From Phallusia mammillata (Eukaryota), in the NCBI GenBank assembly GCA_965637545.1, contig OZ281494.1, positions 2,728,001 to 2,792,000 of the forward strand: 64,000 nucleotides of DNA, read 5' to 3'. A model generated the notes under the pieces. It saw nothing but the letters and a program-made list of their open reading frames with translations. It was not told the origin of the DNA and did no database searches. A program made the position numbers and the translations under genes. Below, one piece after another: positions 41,651-55,249 of this stretch (position 1 is its first letter; the number at the start of each line of letters is the position of its first letter).

Positions 41651-44600
41651 CAAACTCACATTAAAACAAATAAACAAACGTTGCTAAGATCTTCTTGTTA
41701 TCTCACAAACTTTGCTTTCTTTTCATAAACTGTATTTTAAAATTGCCTCAGTTTATACTCTTGCTGGTGTATTCTTAATCTGATATTAAATAAACTGTCT
41801 CAACTTTGCACAAACAGATTACCTTTCCAGAATACCGTCCGCATTACAAGACCGTGCACAGCCTGCAACACGAATACGCAGGTGCAACGTTGAACAACCA
41901 GGTGTTGGGGGGATTTGCGCAAGTTAACGTGCAGAAGGGAATTCCCGAACACTGGAGCCGAAAACTGGTTTCAGAGACCGAGAATTTTCACGCAACACCA
42001 AAATCAATCAACGACACAAACTGCTCAATATTCAGAAAAATCTTCTGTTTGTGCAACTCCTTACTATAAGCTTCTTGTTTAACATTAAACATGGGCTGAT
42101 ATCTCAATCATACCTTTCAGTAAATCAATACTCAAATTTGAATTCATAAAAGTAAATGAACACTGAACTTTCTTACTAAATCTAATCTCTAAGCAACTGT
42201 ACTTCAATCTGAGTTTAGTTAATTACATAAAGTACTGAATATGTGAATATCTTATTAAACCTTCACTAATGCTTGAAGTGCTGAATATAAACTTGCCTGA
42301 AGAACCGGAACGTACAGTGAACAACCAATTTTTCGCGCACACAAGTTCAAGTCGATTGCGTATATTGTTGATCAATGTCCATTGTGTTTTTTGACTTTGT
42401 CCATTACGTATGTACGTCTGTGTCCATCACGTATATTGCTTCAGTAACAAAAAAAGCTTTCCATGGTGTTTTAAACCGGCAGTGGCGACTTTGCAAGTCC
42501 AAGTTGGTTGAAAATAATGGCAGTTTTCATGTAACAATCGTTTCGAACATCCAAATGGAACGAAGGTGAGATTTCGTAGGTCATAGTGAATTGTATAAAA
42601 CGCGCCTATGCGTACGTCATCCACATATTCTAGCCTATGCCTTGTCATATGGGAATGCTATAGCGTACTGTGATTTATGCATACGTGAGCCGTGGTAACT
42701 GTTCTGCATGGACTCTGCTGTTCTGATCCCAGTTGTAAATTAACGTTTATCTCATCTACATCTTTACAGTCTGTTGTGGTTCGGGGTAAGTATGTAAGTA
42801 TTAACGTATGGTAAAATATTTATTTAATCAGCGGTTTAATTCGCAAAAACACAAAAAATGAATTTTAAATCTTTATTTCAGAACTTCTTCCATAAATGTA
42901 TTTATGTTTCTGAAACCCATAATAAAATAATCACCCGCTATCCTGACACATATACATTCAATTCTTGGTTCAAAAAGATTACAATGAATGATCAGTGCAA
43001 ACCAACTTTGCGCTGTTTTAAATTAAGCTACTGCGCAACGATTGACTCAAGACTTCACTGATACTACAACAATGCCGCTAGAGGCGCTACCGCACAACAC
43101 GTGAAAACGGAAGTATAACACGTGACCGAATCTAGTTGGCCGCTAAAACCAAAGGCACGCGAAAATCTCGCAATCAAAATGGAACGTGAGATACTTACAA
43201 ACCAGCGCTTATTGCAAAGTGAGCGAAAATCTGCAAAGGCTTAAATTGTCACGTGACTGTTCTGCGCATACCAACAATTGTTGCGTCACTTATACACACG
43301 TGGATTAGAATAGAAATTGCGCAAGATTTGTTAGGGAAAGACTTGTCAGTGTTATTTTAATGTAGAAGACGTTTTATAACTACGACTTTTCAACAATAAA
43401 TGTTTTACTGCATTGTACAAATATAGCATTTACCAGCCCAAGACGTACAACAAAACATTGTGGTAATAATACTTAAACATATCTACCCTGCGTTTCAGTA
43501 TACGTTTAGTTTGCAACAAAACATCAGGTGTTGCTACAACACAATAACTAAACAACCACTCAAAACATTTTATTGTAAAACACATTTTAACGCAACTATA
43601 GCATGTTTACGTCATAATGTTATTGACAACAATTGTATGCACACAGCTTTGTTTAAGTTTTGCTCAAAACGCTTTCAATATCAGATTAGACAAACTCGAG
43701 ATAAACTCATTAATCGTTAAACCGATTGACATTCGGTAGATTATAAGTGCTTATTTACACTTAGTTATTTGAGGCGCTTTTAAACGCTTTGAAAAGCAAT
43801 CAGGTTCCAAACATCATTACATTAAACATGCAAACATAACCTCACCTTGATCAGGACGTCGTTGCACGTCAGCAACAAAAGGAAAATGGCCGGCTAGTCA
43901 TTTGTTTGTTGGTGGACTTGAAATTAAATGTCTGCATTTATAATTTACAACATATTAAATCTCTTGACACAGTAGATCCAACAATGATATCTATAAAACT
44001 GCAATAACTTTAAAATACAATCATGCACGTTAACATCCAGAATCAAAACTAATAAGCGACTTACCAACTAAAAAACAATGCTAAAACGTAAAAAATGTTA
44101 CACTTACGTTGAACTGCATGCAGCATACACGGTGCAGATTGTTAATTGCAGTTAAATTATCAGCATTTTGGATTGATGAACTTTGTGCAGCCACAAAACC
44201 AGCAGCATTCTCACACCAGCATGACCTGAAACCATGTAAGTAACTGTGGATTAACATTCAGGCTTTCCTCTCCTTCAAGCTGCCAGCGACAAAATTGCAA
44301 CAACACTAACTTGCTTGGAACGCAAAACGCGAGTTTATCAGCAAAAAATGCCTCACGCCTGAAAACAGCGCCTATCGGGGACTGCACGCACAACGTGGCA
44401 TTGTTACGTCACACTGCAACTGCAGAACGTGGCTATAGTTTAACAGTTAACTTGGCAAGATCCTGCTAAAACGTTACACACAAAAATGTAACAAAACATA
44501 AAGCAATTTAACTTAATCTGTATTTTTTAATTAGCAATAAGCCAGACAACTTACAATTCATAGATTTTCCAACTGATAAAAATTCATTCAAGTTAGTTTG

Positions 44601-45202
44601 CCGCAAATGTAATACAGGTGAAATACTTTCCTGTTGTCACTAACCAATTTCAAAAACAATTCGCAATTATGCACATTATTGTTCACAATTGTGTGGTAAT
44701 CCACTTTGACATACGTAGTAAAAAACGATGATTGTGACATTTTTTATTCTCAAACACATTTTAGTCAAAATACTAAAAAAACGTGTGTGCGTATAGCAAT
44801 CGTTTGCAATTAAATCTACGTAGAACGGTTAATTCGTTTGTTCTAAAATACAAAACAACGTACCTTTCATTTCCGCCTTTTCAACCCTCCCCGCACAAGC
44901 TATTGCCTCCACCGCACTGCGAGGTCAAGAAGAACTCGCACTTGGTCACGTGATCTCTTACAACAAATGCGCGTTGATTAATAGAAATCAAACACAACTC
45001 AGAAAAAGCGTTGTATTTTTGCATTATTCTTATTGTTTAGGTTACTGGTTCATCTCAAAGTTAAACTGCATCGATTATTACCATAACTGACAAAATCAAA
45101 TTCAGTTTTTCGAACAATTATTTCGGTGTGCTTTCTTGGCCAAAACCTGCATTGAAAGCAATAACTTTGCCAAATATAGTTGACTTGAAAAATGGTTTCT
45201 AC

Positions 45203-45217
45203 TTATAGAAACGTATT
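45203..45217 (+). repeat. Target-site duplication, left copy (TTATAGAAACGTATT)
   Basis: Identical to 46817-46831. Confidence 0.9.
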
Positions 45218-45250
45218 AACAGAATTTTTAGCTCTTCCGGCAGTTTTTTA

Positions 45251-45313
45251 TTGTAATATGCCAACGTTTCGATGTCCCATACGAAACACCTTCATCAGGG
45301 TAATGACATACAA
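45251..45313 (-). ncRNA. Hammerhead ribozyme (minimal type I) in the PLE 3' region
   Basis: Minus strand reads UUGUAUGUCAUUACC-CUGAUGA-A-GGUGU-UUCGUAUGGG-ACAUC-GAAAC-GUU-GGCAUAUUACAA: core boxes CUGAUGA and GAAA, stem II GGUGU/ACAUC, palindromic AACGUU stem III, flanks able to form an interrupted stem I. Confidence 0.8.
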
Positions 45314-45417
45314 TGCAAACACAAGTTATTATAAAGCGAAAAGGGCGGCGAAACACACATAAAAAAGGCGATAGAAATAACGCAGTGCGCACCAATGGTC
45401 GTGTGATAACACCTGGC

Positions 45418-45963
45418 TCAATGGTGCAAAAGTGACCGATAAGTTATCGGCATTAGAACGTCCGTTTTAACGTTCATCGTGTTGGTGTGAGAATGTATGT
45501 TCCACGACTCCAGGAAACCTCGCTTGTGAAAATCGGTTTCTCTAGCTAACACCTGGGCAGCAGAGAAGTTTATGGTGTGACCGAGGGTAGTAGCATGTTG
45601 TGCTAATGCCGATTTTTTAGCATCTTTCTTGGCTACATCCCTCTCGTGTTCTTTACGGCGCGTATTCAGAGATCTTCCCGTCTCGCCAATGTAAATCTCC
45701 TTGCACTGTTGACATGGGATCGCGTACACCACACCCCTTGCTGCGTTTGTATCAATGGGATCTTTGGGGTGCGACAGCATCTGACGTAGGGTGTTGACTG
45801 GTTTAATCCCTACTGAGACCCCAAAGTCGATTAACATGCGACGTATTACGTCTGTTAACCTAGGAATGTATGGCAAGGTAACAAATGTACGCTCTTTGGA
45901 CTGAACCTTTTTTCCGAGCACCCGTGGTTTTTCGGTCACGGAGGATCCAGTTCGGGTAGCCAT
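45418..45963 (-). CDS. PLE GIY-YIG endonuclease (frameshifted relative to RT)
   Basis: VTLPYIP...GVVYAIPCQQCKEIYIGETGRSLNTRRKEH...SALAQH...RGFLESWNI, a GIY-YIG domain with CxxC/H residues typical of PLEs. Confidence 0.9.
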   Translation of the reverse strand: MATRTGSSVTEKPRVLGKKVQSKERTFVTLPYIPRLTDVIRRMLIDFGVSVGIKPVNTLRQMLSHPKDPIDTNAARGVVYAIPCQQCKEIYIGETGRSLNTRRKEHERDVAKKDAKKSALAQHATTLGHTINFSAAQVLARETDFHKRGFLESWNIHSHTNTMNVKTDVLMPITYRSLLHH

Positions 45964-46813
45964 TTAACCGCAGGGCCTGGTGTACCCTTCGTAATTCGGT
46001 TTGGAGCATTCCGGGTTCTGTGGTCAACCTTCGGGCCTGATCTGTCAGCGATTTCACCACAGCTCTCTTGTGGTGTAGAGGATGGTGAGACGTGAAATGC
46101 AAATAGCGCCTGGTGCTCGTTGGTTTGTGGTACACTTGCGTGGAAAGTCTCCCGTCTGTTGCCTGTAATACCTCCACATCCAGAAAGGGAAGCCGGTTGT
46201 TAGTTTGCAATTCCATGGTAAATGCGATCCCTTGTTGCACGTTGTTTAAGTGATCTAGAAACGCTGTAACCTGGCTAATATTGATGATGCAGAACGTGTC
46301 ATCCACATATCTTTGCCAGAATCGTGGTGGTGTGGTAAACGTTTGGAGAGCGCGTTGTTCCACCGACTCCATGACCATATTGGCAACCACCACCGACACT
46401 GGAGAGCCCATGGCCGTGCCATACACTTGTTTGTAAAACTGGCCTCTAAATGTGCAGTAAGTCTGCTGCAAACAAATCTCTAGTCCAAGATGAATGTCCT
46501 CGCATGACCACTTGGTTCTATCCTTAAGGCTGTAGTCCTCCAGCAGTCTTGACTTAGCGATTCCCAGTGCCAGGTCAATTGGTATGTTGGTAAACAACGA
46601 GACTACGTCAAACGAAACCAACGTTTCGTCTTCATCCAGTGGCCGTTGCGTTGTGACTGCTTTAACAAACTCCTCAGAATTCTTTACCGTGTATTCCGTG
46701 TTACCCACCAAGGGCGCCAATAGTCGAGCCAGGTATTTCGCAAGGTTGTAAGTCGGGCTTCCAACAAAAGACACGATTGGCCTAAGGGGTACATCTGTTT
46801 TATGGACTTTTGG
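45860..46813 (-). CDS. PLE reverse transcriptase (partial)
   Basis: PLE-type RT motifs including YVDD; frame is lost near 45905-45940. Confidence 0.9.
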   Translation of the reverse strand, partial: PKVHKTDVPLRPIVSFVGSPTYNLAKYLARLLAPLVGNTEYTVKNSEEFVKAVTTQRPLDEDETLVSFDVVSLFTNIPIDLALGIAKSRLLEDYSLKDRTKWSCEDIHLGLEICLQQTYCTFRGQFYKQVYGTAMGSPVSVVVANMVMESVEQRALQTFTTPPRFWQRYVDDTFCIINISQVTAFLDHLNNVQQGIAFTMELQTNNRLPFLDVEVLQATDGRLSTQVYHKPTSTRRYLHFTSHHPLHHKRAVVKSLTDQARRLTTEPGMLQTELRRVHQALRLNGYPNWILRDRKTTGARKKGSVQRAYICYLAIHS

Positions 46814-46816
46814 TAT

Positions 46817-46831
46817 TTATAGAAACGTATT
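46817..46831 (+). repeat. Target-site duplication, right copy (TTATAGAAACGTATT)
   Basis: Identical to 45203-45217; abuts the truncated RT. Confidence 0.9.
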
Positions 46832-47281
46832 TTGTGGCAAATAGAAAAAGCCTTTAAGAATTATTCTTCTGTAGTTGCATTTTTTGGATTTTAAATGTAT
46901 GTATTTTTGACAAACAAAGCAGACAAATATTGAACACGATAACGTTCGAAATTGTCCACATAGAAATAAAAACACAAAAAAGCGATCTGATGCGTTTCAA
47001 GTTTCAAAAACAAAATCAAAACCTAGTTATGCACGAAGTAGTACTCGGTGATGCTTTTCTATATCTCCCGTGACGTCACAAAAGGTAACTAAAGGTTCGA
47101 ATAAAAGTCCTAAACCCGAAAAAAATATCCCGAAAAGAATCTTCTCAAACATTTATCTAACATTGTCTTTCGTGTCTTTCTCACACATTGCCAACATCAA
47201 CACTTATTATACATAACTAATGCTATTAAAATTACGATTATGAGTGAGTTTTGTTCGATTTGTTTGATTCATAGAATTTCC

Positions 47282-47714
47282 TTAACGATAAAACAACATA
47301 AAGGTCCTTTCAATAATAAGTTTGTTAACGCTAAACTATTTTCCTGTACCAAATCCACTGAAAGCCATACCAGTAAAATCACCACAGTGATCAGAACAGG
47401 TGTTGTGTCGGATTGATCCAATGCAAGTGGTTTCAGCTTCCACAAAATCATCGCTGAATTTGACACCAGAACACAAAGCACATGTTGCTACTCCGGCACC
47501 TGTGGCCGGGTTTCGGGCTTCACTTTCGGGTTCGGGTCGGTTTCAGGCTCCAATTTCAGGCCCGTTTACAACTCTGTTACCGCTTACGTGGTTATATCGT
47601 GTGCTTTCGATTTAAACATGTGTTATTCACACAGCATGCGAGGTAAGGAATTCAGTTTGAATCGAGCGAAGTGTTGACCCCATTTATCGGTCACTCGGTG
47701 GCGTTGTTGAGCAG
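47282..47714 (-). pseudogene. ITLN: Intelectin relic (copy D)
   Basis: Exon-4 homology (ALCSGVKFSDDFVEAETTCIGS...HCGDFTGMAFSGFGTGK*FSVNKL...FMLFYR*) with in-frame TAG at 47338-47336; exon-2 fragment with stops at about 47630-47714; exon 3 absent. Confidence 0.85.
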
Positions 47715-48170
47715 TGGGTAAACGGTATATTGCAGACAAGTCCTGTTCATCTAATATGGCAAGTTAAATCTTTGTTTTGTAATTGTAGCATACGATTTGC
47801 CACTGGATTGTACCTTATTATAATCTGTTAAACAGCCTGACGCTAGGAAATAAAAAGAAAGATTCTAAACATTGCGAACAATGCTGCAAGTGTGTTTTAT
47901 ACGACATTTAAAACTACAAATACATCTTTTTTTTAGTTTATTTAGGCGACATTCTGCGACAAGTTCCATTGCTTAGATACGCTATGCTTGCGGGTGAATT
48001 TTTTTAAAATATTTTTAACAACAATGGTTAAATCAAAACTAACAAAAAATTAAAGCAAACATGATTCATGTTAAAGTAAATCAACAATGTAAATTAAAAG
48101 TTAAATTAATTACCCACTAATAATCATTAATTAAAGAGTGGCATTAGTTGCTTGATTTACGAGACTGAAC

Positions 48171-49529
<1,359 letters not shown>

Positions 49530-51938
49530 TTCTTTCGCTGATATTTTTCTATAACAAACAAATTAAATATTTGTCACAAATGTGTTATTATTTGCTGAAG
49601 TTAATTTGCCTGATGTATTTGCCTCACAATAAAGATATTTTTGTACTTCTCTCTGTACTTCGGTTCTCTAATGATGTCGCTGATCGTATGAGCCCATTAT
49701 ATACTGTTTCGAAAGAAAGAAATAGGGAGAAAGCACAAATTATATCGTGGAGGACAGCTACTAAAATTACGTCGGAGATATCTCGATCAAACCTGTTGTT
49801 TTTTGGGTTACATCGAATCCCATAATATCTTATGTGTAGTTGAGCTTTTCTGTAGCAATCACAAAGTTTTTGACCATTTTTTCTGAAAACATACAAAGAC
49901 CTTTGTGTTTACGATAAAGGGGGTGCTATTGCTCCCTTCAATCCACCCTCCGATTTGCACCTACCGAATCCCTTTGGCAAGCGCAGATGATTTTGTTCTC
50001 ACCAACTGACCGTTCAGAATATAAAAGGGATTGGTCTTTATGAACTTTTTCATCGTTGCGCTCCCGTGGTGATAATTATAAAATGTGCGTATATTTAAAC
50101 ATGTGTTGTTCATATGGATAGCTTTTTTTACCCATTATGAGTCGGCAAACATGTTTTGTTCATAGTTTCTGCACCTTCAAAGTGTTTAAATTGCATTGCA
50201 TACATATTCTGTTCATTTGACGAATTGAAGTAGTAAGGCTAACATTTACACCTTTAATCGGTTTTTGATTTTAGTCTATTTGAAGCAGCACTGAAAAACA
50301 AATGCGAAACCAGACTTTTTTGATAGCTTTGGAACTATACCTTCTTTCTTTGCGGGGCATCGCAGTAAAAACTGAAAAAATAAAAAAATAAAACACGTTT
50401 GAGTAAAATTCAAAAAAGCTAAGAGTACACATTTGTTGGCCTTTTGAAGACTTTGTTTACATTTAATATTGGTCGTTGGGAATAAACTTTGACAACAAAG
50501 TCAGTTAAATGTTTCGTTTTTCTAAGTCAAAGCCAATTTTAACATCTTCGGTTTCTACCCCATACATTCTATCGACGATACGATGATTTTTGATCATTTT
50601 AAAATACTTCGTTGTTTAGCAACCCACCGAGGTCCAGTTTGCCAACACAGATGGCGCGGTTCTCACCGGCGGACAGTTCTAATTTAAATTGACCTGTTCA
50701 TAGCACCGCATACTGAGCGATATATCCAAGGCATTTCACAGCTATGCCCTGTACAGTGGGGTAAACAATTTGATGGACATAATGCTGTAATTGACTCCTG
50801 TTCATTAAAATGCGAAATTTTATGTTAATTTTGCTTCCAGGCTTTTAGACTTAGTCTTTTATGTGCCTGATAAGTAATGATTAATTTCGCAAAACAAGTA
50901 ACTTTCTCGGTTTCTGGTTCGAGTTTTGCCATCATTATCAAATTTGCCTTCTTAATAATCTTTCAAAGGGAAATAAGATTTGACTGGAATCAAGAAAAGG
51001 CTAAAATTGTTGGCTGCTTTAAATTTTTTCAAAGCACCTTAACAATCTGGTTTGGATCTTGATTTTACTTCAATGTGTTTTTCGTTTTTCAGTTTTTACC
51101 CCGATATAGCTCAAATAAGATATAGCTCAAAAGATTCCAATCGTAAACCGATCAAAAGTGTATATTTAAGCCTTAAAACCTCTGTTTGTCAAATCAGCAG
51201 AATGAGCATGAAATGCAATTTAAAAACTTGTGCAAAAATGCGCAGAATCTTTAAACAAAACATGTTTTTTGACTAATTGGTAAACAATGGCCATCCATGT
51301 GAACAACACGTGTTTAAATAAACGAATATGATATAATTATCACCACGGGAGCGCAACGATGACACAGCACACACAGACCCGTCAGTTCTTCTGAACTGTC
51401 AGTTCGTGAGAACAAAATCATCTGCGTTTGCCAAAGGGATCGTTATACGGTACAAATCGGAGGGTGAATTGAAGGGAGCAATAGCACCCCCTTATCGTAA
51501 ACACAAACATCTTTTTGCGTATTTTCACATATATACGTTTTGTGATTGCTAAAGAAAAGCTTACCTATATTTTAAATTTAAGGTATTTATTGTAACCCCA
51601 GTTAAAGATCAGGTTTCACCAGGAGATAAATTTCCGACTAAATTGTGCTAAGCTATTCTGATAGACGCCCCTTGCGAAACAATTTTGGCTTTCTCTCCAT
51701 TTCTTCTTCTCCAAACAGTATATAATGGGCTCATACGATCAGCGACTTTATTAGATGGCCGAAGTACAAAGAGGAGTAAGACAAGATTGTGAGGCAAATA
51801 CTTCAGGCAATTTACCTTGAAACAAATAATAAAACATGTGTGACAAGAGTTTTGTTATAGAAAAAAAACATAAAAGAAAAAATTGTTATAGAGAAAACAA
51901 ATATAATTTGTTTGTTATAGAAAAATATCAGCGAAAAA

Positions 51939-53314
<1,376 letters not shown>

Positions 53315-55249
53315 ATTTAGTCAAATAAATATTGCTATGTAATGTCCTATAATCTATAGATTAATTATTTGAATTATCGATTAGTTTTATTTGGTGGTGT
53401 TCGCTTTTCCATGTTGCTACTACTCATTTTCCGCAATACATTTGTGATATTTAAACTGATTTTACCATAGGTTTGTTGAATCAACTTTCCGTTAATTAAA
53501 TACAAATGAAATCTTGTCGACGCAATAAAATCAGTTCACTGGTTGATATGTCTTGCATTTGTTTAAGGTGTCCAATCACCTGGTAAACGAATAATATCTT
53601 TCATGAATTTTGTGTCGAGATAAAACAGTTCAGAATATGCAAACTTAAAAAAACTTTTAATAAGCCCCGCATTAGTTAGGTTCGCTTGTCATTAAGTTTA
53701 GGGATGTTTCTGTACGTTTTACTTACCACCATACCTGTAACCAATGTTCAGATGGCTTGTTACCTGCTTCCATTTGACTGTATGAATTCCCATATAACTC
53801 ACTCTCAACATTAGATTATAGACCTTGTAAAATAAGTGATTTCAATACAGCGACATTGTTGAACCTTATGTTCGAATTAGTAAAAGTTTGCTAAACAAAA
53901 GCATCGAGCAAATGCATAATAAGCTGCAGACAGGGCGCACTGTTTCGAACAACAATGAGGTCTCATTAGTGCAGCTGGTGACGACGAATCGGCCGTATTG
54001 GTTAGTGTAGCCATCCTACGGCACTCCAGGTTGTCAGAAGCAAATGCACCGATGAAGGACGTAACAGAACAAAACAATGTGCACTGTCCGCATGTTTAAA
54101 TATTGCTATGTTGCTAGGATTCCTGTTGTGCTCAAATGTAATGTCGGCGTTGGGCTTCACTGCCTAAACCAGTTGGAGGTAAAGTTGCATTTTATAATGT
54201 TTAGCCCATCTTATGTGGAAAGTTTTGGTTCGCCATAGGGCTTGTATTTGTAGCGAAATACATGTAACTCAACAACCCTCAAAACCAATAGAATATAGGT
54301 CTAAATACTGTAAATAAACAGGCAACGTATAGGAAACAATCTCCAAAGTTAATGTTGAATAAAGGCAAATCAAGTTGTTTGGAATTCGTTTTCTAGAAGG
54401 TCTGTTGAAAAGTAAAAGTCGGAATATTCGAAATGTCACAATAAACGCAACTTTGCTTACTTTTGTTTGAAGTTGTTTCAAAAGTTTTAAGTGCGGCTCA
54501 TAAACCTGATTTAATTGCGCAACCCCACACAAAGAACCGTTGCATAATTTGTTCTGTGATGTACCAATCACAACCAACCCACAATTTACAACTCTTTGTT
54601 AGGCTTCATTCGTGGCAGCAATCTGTACGCAATTTCGTTAAACAGACAAGCGAGATTTTATTGATAAAGTGCCATACACAGTTGAAAGGATCGTCCAATT
54701 TACAGTTTAAATATATAATGGAGTTCCACACAAATTTCATTTGAGGTAAGTCATTGTATGAGCAGACCACCGCCCCGCAACAAAAGAATCTAGTATTTAG
54801 TGTCGATCAACACAAATTTTACTGCCCAGGTAAATGTTTTGAGCAAAACACTTTTGTGATCCAAGGTAGTAATGTTACGTGAATCATTATAAACATTGAA
54901 TGATCCACTATAAACACTCAATATGAGGCTCGAGTTGGACCGGTAAAAGCTTCTAGCTCAGGATTAAATTAAAATGTTTGTAATTTCAAAAACCTTTGCG
55001 CACTAATAATTTTGCTATTGTATCAACAGAAATCGAAACAGATAAAATGATGGAATTATGCTTAAATTGTATTCATGTGTTTTTTGGGTATTTAGATTTT
55101 TTCAATAAAGGCAGTCAAAGTATAAATTATTTGACTGTGCTTTGTAAACGCAAGCGAAAATACGTCATTTTAATTTGTGTTTGTTCAACTGCAGACAAAC
55201 AACACGAACCTAAGTTGTTTATTCCAAAGTTAACATCTGAAAGTGAAAC

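Larger units (their letters stand above)
45218..46816 (-). mobile_element. Penelope-like retroelement (Poseidon-like), 5'-truncated, 1599 bp
   Basis: RT starting abruptly at (I)PKVHKTDVPLRPIVS, with SFDVVSLFTNIP, YGTAMGSPVS, RYVDDTF, LPFLDV and VYHKPT motifs, then a GIY-YIG endonuclease; bounded by a perfect 15-bp direct repeat. Confidence 0.95.
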
